Shown here: in pieces, positions 20,359 to 30,328 of the stretch
Layout of the letters: each line of letters starts with the position of its first letter
Numbering within the stretch: the stretch's first letter is position 1
NCBI GenBank assembly: GCA_965213675.1
Contig: OZ243916.1
Location: 2,368,001 to 2,432,000, forward strand
Direction: 5' to 3'
Origin: an uncultured Candidatus Binatia bacterium
Lineage (GTDB): Bacteria; Desulfobacterota; Binatia; UBA9968; JAJDTQ01
DNA length: 64,000 nt
Notes under the pieces: generated by a model
The model's database searches: none
What the model saw: the letters and a program-made list of their open reading frames with translations, nothing else
What the model was told of the DNA's origin: nothing
Position numbers and translations under genes: made by a program

Positions 20359-22695
20359 TCATCCGTCCTGCGCGCCGGCGCGCCGGATCAGCGTGTCCAC
20401 CGCCACCACTCCCTGTCCCTCGGGCAGGACCATGAGCGGGTTGCATTCGACTTCGTCCACTTCGTCGCGAAAGTCCAGCGCCAGCCGCGACAGGGCGACA
20501 ATGGCCTCGGCCAAGGCCGCGACATCGGCCTTGGGCCGGCCGCGCGCGCCGGCGAGCAAGGGATAGGTGCGGATTTCCCGGATCATGTCGTGGGCATCGG
20601 CCAGACCCAGCGGCGGCAGCCGGAAAGCCACATCCTTCAGCACCTCGGTGTAGATGCCCCCCAGGCCGAACACAACGCAGATGCCCAGGTCCGGCGTGCG
20701 CGAAGTGCCGATGATGACCTCGGCCACCCCTTCCACCATCTTCTGCACCAGCACGCCGTCGATGCGGGCCTCCGGCGCCTTCGTACCCACATCCTCCAGC
20801 AGCCGGTCGTACGCCTGTGCCACCTGTTCGGCACTCGCCAGGTTGAGCCGCACGCCACCGGCCTCGGTCTTGTGGGGCAGGTCTGCGGACTCGACCTTCA
20901 GGGCCACCGGGAAACCCAAGGTCCCGGCGGCTTCCACCGCCGCCTCCCGCGAACGCGCCAAGTGCTCGGGGGTCGCGGGAATGCCATAGGCCTGGAGCAG
21001 CCGTCGCACCGTGCCCTGGGAGCGGTCGCCCCCTGCCAGCAGCCGGCGCAGTGCCGTGAGTTCAGCCGGGGCCGCCGCTGAGACGCGGGACGCCGGGGTG
21101 TCCGTCGCGTTCGCAGCGGCCTCCGACGGGTCGCTGGAGGGCTGCGCCGCACCGCCGGCCGCGACGGACGCAACCGGCGCGCCGGTTGCCCCGGACTCCA
21201 CGGACGCACCGGATGCGGCGCTCGCGCGGCGCCGCGACAACGCCAGCACGTCGCGCACCGCGCGCAGCGATTTCTCGTATTCCAGCAGCAGCGGCACGCC
21301 CAGCTCCTTGAAAAACTCGCACCAGGAACCGTCCAGTTGCTCGCTCGCACGGGAGAGGAACAGAAACGGCTTGCCGCCGCGCCTCAGCGCGTCTGTCGAA
21401 TCCCGGTACAACTGCATCAGGCGGTCGCTGGGGCGTTTGGGCAGGTTCAGGCGGCAACAGATCACGGCGAAGTTGTCGTCGCCCATGAAGGTTTCCAGGC
21501 ACTCGAGATAGCCGGGGCGGTTCGCCCAGTGCAGTTCCTCGATATCGAGGGGGTTGCCGTTGAAACGTTCCTTGTCGAAGTAGCGGCGCAGCGCCTCGTA
21601 GGTGTCGCTGGACGGTTCGGGCAGATCGACGTGGTTGCGTTCGCAGATGTCGGCCAGAAAGCTGCAATCGCCGCCCGAGATGGTGACGATGCCGACGCCG
21701 GCGGCTGCGGAGGCCCGCCGCGTCAGGGCATCGGGCGCGGCGCCGGACTCCGGCGACACCGCCGAGCCGGCCATTTGGTACGGGTCGGGAATACCCACGG
21801 CCAAGGCGGTGACCTCCAACATCTGATCGAGGTTGTCCACGGGGATGACGCCCTTTTGCCGAAAGAGCCCGTCCCATACCGCGCCGGAGGTGGCCATGTT
21901 GCCCGAGTGCGAGGCGACCGCGCGGCCGCCCTTTTGGGAGCGTCCAAGCCGCAGCGCAACCACCACCTTTTCCCGTTCCCGCGCCAGGTCCAGCAGCCCG
22001 GCCATCTCCTCGGGACGGCTCATGGACTCGATGACGGCGACGATGACCCGGGTGCCGTGGTCATCCACCGCGGCGCGCAGGTAGTCGGTGAAGCCCGCGC
22101 CCACCTGGTTGCCCGGCGCGATGGCGTAGCGAAAGCCCAGGCAGCGGTCGGCGGCGGTGTTGAGGAAAAGGTTGAGCAGGCCGGCGCTGCTGAACACCGC
22201 GCTCACCGGTCCGGTGATGAGGCGTTCCGGAAGCGGCGACGACCACAGCGCGGCGCCGCACTCCAGAGCCAGATACCCCAGGGTGTTGGGACCGGCCAGG
22301 GCCATGCCGCTCTCGCGCACGATGCGCGCCAGTTCCGTTTGGTATCGCCGGCCGGTCCCGTCGAACTCGCCGAACCCCGTGGCCACGGTAAGCGCGGCGC
22401 GCACGCCCTTGGCGGCGCATTCCTCCATCACCTGCACGGTGCGGTCGCGCGGAATGGCGATGACCGCCAGATCCACCTCGCCCGGCACCGCGCCCACCGA
22501 CGGGTAGCACGGCAGATCGAAGAGCTGCGCGTAGCGCGGGTTGACGGGATAGATGTTCTCTTTCGGGAAACCGAAGCGAAACAGGTTGCGCATGAGCGCC
22601 GCCGCGTGAGGGGCGCGCTCGGAGGCGCCAATCAGCGCAATGGTGCGGGGGCGGAGCAACGCCTCCATGCAGCCTGGGGTGGGAGTGGCATTCAT
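20359..22695 (-). CDS. Acetate/acyl-CoA ligase (NDP-forming, fused alpha-beta)
   Basis: IALIGAS, YPVNP, GPNTLG, ASHSG phospho-His, NPLD, HKTEAGGV, ECNPL. Confidence 0.9.
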   Translation of the reverse strand: MNATPTPGCMEALLRPRTIALIGASERAPHAAALMRNLFRFGFPKENIYPVNPRYAQLFDLPCYPSVGAVPGEVDLAVIAIPRDRTVQVMEECAAKGVRAALTVATGFGEFDGTGRRYQTELARIVRESGMALAGPNTLGYLALECGAALWSSPLPERLITGPVSAVFSSAGLLNLFLNTAADRCLGFRYAIAPGNQVGAGFTDYLRAAVDDHGTRVIVAVIESMSRPEEMAGLLDLAREREKVVVALRLGRSQKGGRAVASHSGNMATSGAVWDGLFRQKGVIPVDNLDQMLEVTALAVGIPDPYQMAGSAVSPESGAAPDALTRRASAAAGVGIVTISGGDCSFLADICERNHVDLPEPSSDTYEALRRYFDKERFNGNPLDIEELHWANRPGYLECLETFMGDDNFAVICCRLNLPKRPSDRLMQLYRDSTDALRRGGKPFLFLSRASEQLDGSWCEFFKELGVPLLLEYEKSLRAVRDVLALSRRRASAASGASVESGATGAPVASVAAGGAAQPSSDPSEAAANATDTPASRVSAAAPAELTALRRLLAGGDRSQGTVRRLLQAYGIPATPEHLARSREAAVEAAGTLGFPVALKVESADLPHKTEAGGVRLNLASAEQVAQAYDRLLEDVGTKAPEARIDGVLVQKMVEGVAEVIIGTSRTPDLGICVVFGLGGIYTEVLKDVAFRLPPLGLADAHDMIREIRTYPLLAGARGRPKADVAALAEAIVALSRLALDFRDEVDEVECNPLMVLPEGQGVVAVDTLIRRAGAQDG

Positions 22696-22885
22696 GATCG
22701 TCCTCGCGTGGTGAACGCCCCATGCAAGACGCCGTGTCCGTTACGTGGACAGACCGCCGGTTGTCCATGCAATGCGCGGCGATCATTACGTGGGCGGACT
22801 GCCGGCCGGCAAGTCATCGCGCCTTGCCGGCAACCAGAATCCCTGCGCGACTCGTCCCGGGAGTTCACGGGACACGACACCGGCC

Positions 22886-23359
22886 TCAACCCGCACTCAT
22901 GCGCACCGCCGCGGCACGCACGGCGCGCATGATGTGGGGATAGCCGCCGCAGCGGCACAGGTTGCCGGAGAGATGATCGCGGATCTGTTCGTCGGAGGGG
23001 TCGGCGTGCTCTTCGAGGAGCGCCTTGGTGGCCATGATGAAGCCCGGGGTGCAGTAGCCGCACTGGGCGGCGTCGTTCTCAAGGAACGCCTGCTGGATGG
23101 GGTGCAGGGCGTCGCCGCCGCCCAGCCCCTCGACGGTCTCCACCGAGCGGCCGTCCAGGCGCGCGGCCAGCAGAAAGCACGCGCTCACCGGCCTGCCGTC
23201 CAGCAGCACCGTGCAGCTCCCGCACGCGCCCACGCCGCAGGACTCCCGAACGCTCCAGAGCTTGAGCCCGTCGCGCAGGACCTCCAGCAAGGTGTCGGCG
23301 TCGTCGACCCCGATCTCGCGCTGTTGGCCGTTCACCGTCATGCTGATGTGACGTTGCAT
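22886..23359 (-). CDS. 2Fe-2S subunit of XDH-family molybdoenzyme (CoxS-like)
   Basis: C..G.CG.C, QCGYCTPG, GNLCRCGGY; start taken at MQRHISM. Confidence 0.93.
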   Translation of the reverse strand: MQRHISMTVNGQQREIGVDDADTLLEVLRDGLKLWSVRESCGVGACGSCTVLLDGRPVSACFLLAARLDGRSVETVEGLGGGDALHPIQQAFLENDAAQCGYCTPGFIMATKALLEEHADPSDEQIRDHLSGNLCRCGGYPHIMRAVRAAAVRMSAG

Positions 23360-23446
23360 GAAACTCGCTCCACGACACCGAGCCCCATTTTCATGGACTC
23401 CAAATTCATAGACTCCAAAGAACACATCATTTCCGACTGCCCACCC

Positions 23447-25933
23447 TTACTCACGACTGCCCTCCGTCATTCCCCTGTTCACCTTCCCAGCCGCCTTGAG
23501 CGCCTGATGAATCCTCTCCGCGGTGAGCGGGATGTCGCGCACGCGCACACCCACCGCGTCTTCCAGCGCGTTGGCCACGGCGGCGGCCACGGTGAGGGCG
23601 CCGGTTTCGCCGATGCCCTTGGCGCCGAAGGGGCCGTCCTTGTGGGGCACCTGCACCACGATGGGGTGGCAGACAGCGGGCACGTCCTTGATGGAGGCGA
23701 TCTGGTAGTCCAGCAGGGAACCGTTGAGGAGCTGGCCGTCCTGGAACACCATTTGCTCGAACAGGGTCAGCCCGAGGTGCATGGTGGCCGCGCCCACGAG
23801 CTGCTGCTCGCAGTACTTGGGGTTGATGGCGGTGCCGGCGTCGCCGGCGACGTGGAACTGCAGCACCTCCAGTCGGCCGGTCTCCAGGTCCACCTCCACC
23901 TCCACCGCGCTGGCCGAGGCGAACCAGTACTCGGTGCACTTCTCCGACATGCCGGTCTCGGGATCCATGGGCGTCACCACCGGCTGGCACAGGCCTTCCC
24001 CGACGATCGTGGTGCCGAGGCTTCCGAACTTCGCCAGGAACGCCTCGGTGACGGTCATGCCGCGCTCCTCGGCGCCGCGCACGAACACCCGGCCGTCGCG
24101 CGCTTCGAGGTCGGCGGCGTCGATCTCCAGCTTGCCGGCCACGGCCTCGAACAGTTCCGCCTTGACGTTGGCGGCGGCGGTGCGCACGGCGTTGCCCATG
24201 TGATAGGTGGAACGGCTGCCGGCGCTGATGGTGTCGTAGGGCGTCACGTCGGTGTCGGGCTGCACCACGTGCACCTTGTCGAAGGAAATTCCCAATTCCT
24301 CGGCCGCGATCTGCGCCAAGAGGCTCTCGGAGCCCTGCCCCATCTCCACCGTGCTGCTGAGCACGTTGGCGCTGCCATCGGCGTTGAGGATGACGATGGC
24401 CCCGGAGATGGACGGCGTCAGCACCGCCTTGACGCCGCAGGCAATGCCCTTGCCCCGGCGCTTGTTGCCGGAAAGCATGTTGCCGGAAAGCTCTTGGCCC
24501 GAAGCCTTGTCGTCCGGACGGTTCCGCCGTGCCCCGCTCACCCGCGGGGCGATGCCAGACCGAGCCGCGTCAGTGTCCGCCGCGGTGGGCTTCACCGGCT
24601 CCCCGCCGGGAACCTCCTCCCGCTTCTCCCAACCCACCGCGTCCGCCGCCCGCCGCACCGCTTCCTTGAGACCGCAGGCGTGGACCGGCGTGCCGGTGAC
24701 GAAGAGGTCCCCCTCCTCCAGCGCGTGCTCCAGGCGAAACTCCACCGGGTCCGCCCCCAGCCCCCGGGCGACGATGTCCATCTGCGAGTCATAGGCCCAG
24801 ATCACCTGCGGCACGCCGAAGCCGCGGAACGGCCCGGCCGGCGGCTTGTTGGTGTAGATGCAGTAGGAGTCGATGGAGACGTTGGGAATCTTGTACGGCC
24901 CCGACGAAGTGTAGCCCGACTTGTGGACGATGCGCGGGCCGATCTCGGCGAAGGCGCCGGTGTCCCAATAGACCTCGCACTTGCGCGCGGTCATGGCCGA
25001 GCCCTTCACCGCGGTCTTGAGCTTCACCACCACGCCGTGCTTGGTGACGGTCTGAAACTCCTCCTCGCGGCTCAGGCTGTACTTCACCGGCCGGCCCGTC
25101 TTCAGGGCGAGGATCGCCACCAGCGGCTCCAGCTTGTTGTAGAGCTTGGCGCCGTAGCCGCCCCCCAGGTAGGGCACGCGCACGCGGATGCGGTTCATGG
25201 GCACGCCCAGCATGCGCGCCAGCTCTCCGCGGACGAAGGACGGTGACTGGCTGGCGGTATGGATGTGGATGCGCCCGCCCTCGTCCACGTAAGCCAGCGA
25301 GACGTGTGGCTCCATGGGCACGTGCTGGGCCGGCGGCGCCGTGAACACATCCTCGAAGATGCGGTCCGCCTCGTCGAACGCCATATCCACGTCGCCCTTG
25401 CGGAGCTTGTAGTGGTAGCAGATGTTGGAACGCTCGCCGGCCTTGACGTGGGCCAGGTCGGCGAACGCTCCCGAGGGGCGCAACTCTTCGTGGATGATGG
25501 GCGCGTCCGGCTTGATGGCGTCCAGCACATCCAGCACCACCGGCAGAGGCTCGTACTCCACCTCCACCTGCTCCAGCGCCTCCTCCGCCGCGCGCCGGCT
25601 CTCCGCCGCCACCGCCACCACCTGCTCGCCCTCATGGCGCACGCGGTCGATGGCCAGCACCGGCTGATCCGCGAACGCCGGCCCGTGGTAGGGCGTGATG
25701 CCAGGCATGGCGGCGATGTCCGCGCCGGTCAGCACCGCGGCCACGCCGGGGTGGACCTCGGCGCAAGACTTGTCGATGCGCACGATGCGCGCGTGCGGAT
25801 GCGGGCTTCTCAGCACCGCCACGTGCAGCAGCCCGGGCGGTTCCATGTTACCCACGTGCAGCGCCCGCCCCGTCACTTTCTGGACGGCGTCACGGCGGTC
25901 CACCGGCTTGCCGACAATGGAATAGTCCGCCAC
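23447..25933 (-). CDS. Xanthine dehydrogenase family molybdopterin-binding large subunit
   Basis: KVTG, LRSPHPHA, GGGYGAK, PFRGFG, EMGQG, AGSRST, GAKGIGE. Confidence 0.93.
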   Translation of the reverse strand: MADYSIVGKPVDRRDAVQKVTGRALHVGNMEPPGLLHVAVLRSPHPHARIVRIDKSCAEVHPGVAAVLTGADIAAMPGITPYHGPAFADQPVLAIDRVRHEGEQVVAVAAESRRAAEEALEQVEVEYEPLPVVLDVLDAIKPDAPIIHEELRPSGAFADLAHVKAGERSNICYHYKLRKGDVDMAFDEADRIFEDVFTAPPAQHVPMEPHVSLAYVDEGGRIHIHTASQSPSFVRGELARMLGVPMNRIRVRVPYLGGGYGAKLYNKLEPLVAILALKTGRPVKYSLSREEEFQTVTKHGVVVKLKTAVKGSAMTARKCEVYWDTGAFAEIGPRIVHKSGYTSSGPYKIPNVSIDSYCIYTNKPPAGPFRGFGVPQVIWAYDSQMDIVARGLGADPVEFRLEHALEEGDLFVTGTPVHACGLKEAVRRAADAVGWEKREEVPGGEPVKPTAADTDAARSGIAPRVSGARRNRPDDKASGQELSGNMLSGNKRRGKGIACGVKAVLTPSISGAIVILNADGSANVLSSTVEMGQGSESLLAQIAAEELGISFDKVHVVQPDTDVTPYDTISAGSRSTYHMGNAVRTAAANVKAELFEAVAGKLEIDAADLEARDGRVFVRGAEERGMTVTEAFLAKFGSLGTTIVGEGLCQPVVTPMDPETGMSEKCTEYWFASASAVEVEVDLETGRLEVLQFHVAGDAGTAINPKYCEQQLVGAATMHLGLTLFEQMVFQDGQLLNGSLLDYQIASIKDVPAVCHPIVVQVPHKDGPFGAKGIGETGALTVAAAVANALEDAVGVRVRDIPLTAERIHQALKAAGKVNRGMTEGSRE

Positions 25934-25942
25934 GCGATCACC

Positions 25943-26809
25943 TCACAAGGACGCAGGGGAAACCAGCCCCCGGAGCGTCCGCCTGACCCATACCCGGGTC
26001 ATCTCGCGCTTGTAGTCCGCGCTGCCGCGCAAGTCCGACACCGGAGAAATCTGCCCGTCGACGACGTCGCACACCGCGTCCCAAAGCTCTTCGGAACAGG
26101 CCCCCCCGTGGAACCGGTCCAGCCCGGCCGCCAGGAGCGGCGCTTCCGCCACCCCGCTGAGGCCGAGCCGAAGCTCGCCGACCTCGTCCCCGTCGAGCAA
26201 CAGGAACGCCGCCACCCCGATGCACGGCCAATCGTTGGCCGAAAGCGAACTGAACCGCGAGTAGAGCGTCCGCGCCCCTTCCGGCGCCCGCGGCACCCGC
26301 ACTTCGGTCAGAATCTCGCCCGGCTCCAGCACCGTCTCGTACATGCCGCGGTAGAAGTCCTTGAGCGGCACCCGCCGCGTATCCTCTCCCTTGGCCAAAA
26401 CGACCCCCGCGTCAAGGACCAGCAGCGCCGGCGGCGGATCCAGCCGGTAGTCGGCGTGCGCCAGATTCCCGCCCACCGACGCCGTCTCACGGATGCGCAC
26501 GTTGCCGACGTGACTGAACGCCTGCGCCAGCGCCGGCGCGCGCCGCTGCACCAGCGGCGAACGCTCCACCGACCGGTGCGTGGCCAGCGCCCCGATGCTC
26601 AGGCCATCATCGTTGTCGGTGATTCGTTCGAGCCCGGGAATCGACTGCAAGTCCACGAGGTGGGAGAAGCGCAACGCCCGCTGCTTCATGAGGATCACCA
26701 GCGTGGTGCCGCCGGCGATGGGCCGGGCCTCATCGCCGTGCTCGAGCAGCATCTCGCTGGCTTCAGCCACCGAGCCGGGCTTCAGCAGATCGAAAGCGGG
26801 AATGGTCAT
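25943..26809 (-). CDS. FAD-binding medium subunit (CoxM-like)
   Basis: IAGGTTL, IGALATH, RETASVGGNL, DLRGSADYKR. Confidence 0.92.
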   Translation of the reverse strand: MTIPAFDLLKPGSVAEASEMLLEHGDEARPIAGGTTLVILMKQRALRFSHLVDLQSIPGLERITDNDDGLSIGALATHRSVERSPLVQRRAPALAQAFSHVGNVRIRETASVGGNLAHADYRLDPPPALLVLDAGVVLAKGEDTRRVPLKDFYRGMYETVLEPGEILTEVRVPRAPEGARTLYSRFSSLSANDWPCIGVAAFLLLDGDEVGELRLGLSGVAEAPLLAAGLDRFHGGACSEELWDAVCDVVDGQISPVSDLRGSADYKREMTRVWVRRTLRGLVSPASL

Positions 26810-27111
26810 GGCGGATCGGCTGCCCGTCCGAGCGGTCGGCAGGCAATCGCCCGGTTATAGCCCCTACGGTCGCCGTTGACAATTGACACCAACTTGCAAG
26901 TGAACTGCCCGGGTTTATCTCGAAATCTTGACTCCTTGTGTCAGGATCGGATGAATCAAGGAGTTCCAGCCATGAGTCGCGCCGCGGGCAATGGGGGCTG
27001 GACTGGGTGAGAGTGGCGGCGGAGGCGTACGCTTACCAGCTATTGGCAGCATGCGACGCCATTGCCGCGAAGGAGTAACCCTTCGAAAGCTGGCTTGAGT
27101 TCTTGCGTAGA

Positions 27112-27132
27112 GTGCATTACATTGTCATTCAC
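27112..27132. promoter_or_regulatory. Imperfect palindrome upstream of the antitoxin; probable TA autoregulatory operator
   Basis: GTGCATTACATTGTCATTCAC is 16/21 self-complementary and ends 18 nt before ATG 27151. Confidence 0.5.
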
Positions 27133-27150
27133 GACAAAGGAGAACCGACT

Positions 27151-27414
27151 ATGGCTGCCAATCAAGTTGTCCAAGCGCGCATTGACGGAGCGGTGAAAGA
27201 AGAGGCGGCTGCGGTGCTGGCTGCGATGGGGCTTACCGTGTCGGACGCCGTGCGGCTTCTTCTGACCAGGGTTGCGCAGGAGAAGGCATTGCCGTTCGAG
27301 CCGCTGATTCCAAACCCCGTAACCATCGCGGCCATGAAGGAGGCGCGCAAGGGCGGCTTGCCCCGGTTCGACAGCGTCCAGGCCCTCATGGACGATCTGC
27401 ATGAGGACGATTGA
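27151..27414 (+). CDS. dinJ: RelB/DinJ family antitoxin
   Basis: VQARID..VKEEAAAVLAAMGLTVSDAVRLLL..VA.EKALPFE...PN..T; AGGAG RBS. Confidence 0.9.
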   Translation: MAANQVVQARIDGAVKEEAAAVLAAMGLTVSDAVRLLLTRVAQEKALPFEPLIPNPVTIAAMKEARKGGLPRFDSVQALMDDLHEDD

Positions 27415-27682
27415 ACGGACCGGCCAATTCAAGCGCGACTACAAACGTATGGCCAGGGGCCGGCACCGGGCGACCCTCGATGGTGATCTGGTGCCTGTCC
27501 TGGTCGCCCTCGCCAATAACCAACCGCTGGAAACTCGACACCGCGACCATGCGCTTACAGGCGACTGGAAACACTACCGCGATTGCCACGTAAAGCCTGA
27601 TCTGGTTCTGATCTACGAAAAACCTGATGCCGACACTCTGCGGCTCGTTCGCCTCGGCTCACATTCAGAACTCGGGCTATGA
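27401..27682 (+). CDS. yafQ: YafQ family mRNA interferase toxin
   Basis: FKRDYKR, DHALTGDW..YRDCHVKPDLVLIY, RLGSHSEL; overlaps the antitoxin. Confidence 0.92.
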   Translation: MRTIERTGQFKRDYKRMARGRHRATLDGDLVPVLVALANNQPLETRHRDHALTGDWKHYRDCHVKPDLVLIYEKPDADTLRLVRLGSHSELGL

Positions 27683-27750
27683 CGCTTCTCCTCGGGTGTT
27701 CTCCTGTCGTTGTCCGCCCCAGCCTTCGGTAACTTGATGAAGGACGCGTC

Positions 27751-28176
27751 ATGGCCCTGAATCCCGTCGCCTACACCGAAAACGTCGTCCGCAGTTTTCT
27801 GCGCTATCAACTTTCCGCCTACCCCTTCGCCGACCCGCGTCTGTACGCGCAGATGCGCGACCTGCTTTCGCTGGATGAGACGCGTCACTCGCCTCTGCTG
27901 AAGGGACCTTACGTCAGTTTGTCGAGGCCGTTTCGGGAAGGTGCGGGCCTGGACGCACTGATCGCCGAAGGGCTGCTCCACCCGCACCTGCGGGAGCGCA
28001 TTCCCAAGGACATCACCCACCTGTACAGCCATCAGGAGCATGCGGTCCGGGCCATCACCGAGGGCCGCACGACACTGGTGTCGACCGGCACCGGCTCAGG
28101 CAAGACCGAGTCGCCGCTGAACCGTCGCCGTGTGCTCATTACGTATCCCTCCCTCAGTCGGTGGAATACACCTTAG
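27751..28176 (+). pseudogene. 5' fragment of a large DEAD/DEAH-box helicase
   Basis: KGPYVSL, LYSHQE (Q motif) and TGTGSGKTE (Walker A), then helicase-like sequence stops at ~28110. Confidence 0.75.
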
Positions 28177-28180
28177 CTAC

Positions 28181-28206
28181 CTGTCCGTTTTTCCGGGACC
28201 ACCTCA
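28181..28206 (-). mobile_element. Possible isolated IS3-family terminal inverted repeat
   Basis: Reads TGAGGTGGTCCCGGAAAAACGGACAG on the - strand, just after the helicase breakpoint; no transposase nearby. Confidence 0.35.
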
Positions 28207-28333
28207 GTCAGACTCCAGGATTCAAGGAGTTTGGAAACTCGGTTTCCAGGAATAGCCGGCTGCGCCTTCCCAGTTGCATCCAATATAGCCGGAGATTGCA
28301 GTGCTCCGGCCGCACTGCGACAATGAAGCCCTC

Positions 28334-28957
28334 ATGACCATCGGCATTCTCGCGTATGGTTCGCTGATCCCCAATCCCGGAGAAGAGATCGGGCCGGTGA
28401 CGGTGCGCCGCATCGGCGGTGTGAAGACGCCGTTCCGGGTGGAGTTCTCCCGCAGCAGCCGCGTGCGCGACGGGGCGCCGACGCTGGTGCCGGTGGAGCG
28501 GGGCGGCGCCAGGGTGGCGGGGGTGATGCTGGTGTTGCACGACTCGGTCACCGAGGCCGATGCCCAGGATGTGCTATACCGGCGGGAACGAAACCGGGTT
28601 GGCACCGGCGACCGCTACGCGGACGTGGACCCGGCCGACCCGGACAGCGTCTTCCTGGGACGGCTGAACGGCTTTGCCGGGCTGGACGTGGTGCTCCACG
28701 CGGCGTTGCGGGCCAACATCGAAGAGCCGGCGCCCGAACTGCTGGCGCGTCTGGCCATCGCCAGTGCCGCGGCGCCCTCGGGCGGCGTGGGGCGGGACGG
28801 CATCCGCTATCTCACGGATGCGCAGCAGTGCGGCATCGTCACGCCGCTCATGCCGGAGTACGAAGAGGAAATCCTCCGCCAGACGGGCGGTCGCGACCTG
28901 GAGGAGGCACGGACCATCGCCTTGGGTAAGCATTCCGGGCCGTATCATCGTCCGTAG
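28334..28957 (+). CDS. Hypothetical protein with gamma-glutamylcyclotransferase-like N-terminus
   Basis: IGILAYGSL, F.R.S..R.GAPTLVP, LYRRE motifs. Confidence 0.6.
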   Translation: MTIGILAYGSLIPNPGEEIGPVTVRRIGGVKTPFRVEFSRSSRVRDGAPTLVPVERGGARVAGVMLVLHDSVTEADAQDVLYRRERNRVGTGDRYADVDPADPDSVFLGRLNGFAGLDVVLHAALRANIEEPAPELLARLAIASAAAPSGGVGRDGIRYLTDAQQCGIVTPLMPEYEEEILRQTGGRDLEEARTIALGKHSGPYHRP

Positions 28958-28971
28958 CAAGGATCCCGCAC

Positions 28972-30309
28972 TTGAAACGCGTAGCTGCCATCCTGGTTGT
29001 TCTGGCGCTTGTCGGCGCGGCGCTCTACTACCTCGGCGTCGGGTCGCAGCTCGGCATCGGGCCGTTTGCCATCGGCGCCGCCAAGGACAAGCCAGCGCAG
29101 GCGCGCGGAGGCAATCGCAGGGGCGGCCGCGCAGTCACGGTCAAGGCCGCGCGGGTGCGGACGGGGGACGTCGAGGCCAAGCTCAGCTACGTGGGCTCCC
29201 TGGCGCCCAACGCCGCGGTCACCATCGCGCCAAAGACCTCCGGCAGGGTCGCCAAACTGTTCGTCACCGTGGGCGAGCGCGTCGAAGAGGGCCAACTGCT
29301 GGGGCAACTCGCCAAGGACGAACTTGCGGAAGAGTTGCGCGAGGCGCAGGCATCGCTTCGCGTGGCCCAAGCCACTCTCAAGGGCCGCCAAGCGGAACTC
29401 GAAAACCTGAAACGGCGCCAGCAGAACGTCAAGGTCCTGGCCCGCAAGGACCTGGTATCCCGCGAGGAGTTGAACAACCTGGAAACCCAGGTTCTCTCCG
29501 CCGAGTCCCAGGTCGAGTTGACCAAGGCCCAATTGCTGCAGATGGAGGCACGGCGGGACAACGCCCGCATTCGCCTGGCACACACAGGGATCCGCTCGCC
29601 GTTCACGGGTCACGTGAGCCGGCGCATGGTGGACCGAGGCGCCCTTGTCAGTCCCAGCACCCCCTTGTTCGAGGTCGTGGACATCGACCGGATCAAGGTC
29701 GGCATGGACGTGGTGGAGGGCGACTACCGCAAGGTTTCCCTGGGCCAGCTGGTGGCCGTCAAGGTGGATGCATACCCGGACCAACGCTTCGACGGCGCCA
29801 TCACGCGCAAGTCGCCGGTCCTCGACCCGCGGACCCGCACCGCCGAGGTGGAGGTCGAGCTCGACAACCCCGACGGCGCCCTCAAACCCGGGATGTTCGC
29901 GCGCACGACCATCGTGGTGGAGCGGAAACGCGGCGTCCTGGTGGTTCCGGAAGCCGCGCCGGTGAAATCCGCCACCGGCTACGGTGTGTTCAGAATCACG
30001 GCCGGCGGCACGGTCGAGCGAATCACGGTCGAGCCGGGGCTGAAGGCCGATGATGGCATCGAGGTGACGGGAGACTTGCGGGAGGGGGACCGCGTCGTCA
30101 CTCTGGGCAGCAGCCTCCTGAGGGACGGTCAACGCGTTCGCATCGCCGGCGACGGCCCGCGCGCGGGTGGGCGGCAGGGACGGCGAGGGTCCGGCAGCCA
30201 AGGTCGCGGAACGCGCATGTCCCGTGATCGCGCGCAACAGACGTCCGGAGGGGAAGGTCGGGGGCCACGGACACCCGGCGCGGAAGGGCGCGGCCGCCGC
30301 GGCTCCTGA
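28972..30309 (+). CDS. RND efflux periplasmic adaptor (MFP)
   Basis: N-terminal TM segment, PKTSGRV..LFV.VGERVEEGQLL, IRSPFTG, LKPGMFA; G/R-rich tail. Confidence 0.9.
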   Translation: MKRVAAILVVLALVGAALYYLGVGSQLGIGPFAIGAAKDKPAQARGGNRRGGRAVTVKAARVRTGDVEAKLSYVGSLAPNAAVTIAPKTSGRVAKLFVTVGERVEEGQLLGQLAKDELAEELREAQASLRVAQATLKGRQAELENLKRRQQNVKVLARKDLVSREELNNLETQVLSAESQVELTKAQLLQMEARRDNARIRLAHTGIRSPFTGHVSRRMVDRGALVSPSTPLFEVVDIDRIKVGMDVVEGDYRKVSLGQLVAVKVDAYPDQRFDGAITRKSPVLDPRTRTAEVEVELDNPDGALKPGMFARTTIVVERKRGVLVVPEAAPVKSATGYGVFRITAGGTVERITVEPGLKADDGIEVTGDLREGDRVVTLGSSLLRDGQRVRIAGDGPRAGGRQGRRGSGSQGRGTRMSRDRAQQTSGGEGRGPRTPGAEGRGRRGS

Positions 30310-30328
30310 CGGAAGGGATGCTTGAACC

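Noticed and set aside
22700-22885. Riboswitch or ncRNA between coxS-like and ligase genes
   Set aside because: Only short GC-rich hairpins; no recognisable conserved RNA motif.
23447-25933. Aerobic CO dehydrogenase CoxL
   Set aside because: The active-site loop is PFRGFG, not AYXCSFR (form I) or AYXGAGR (form II).
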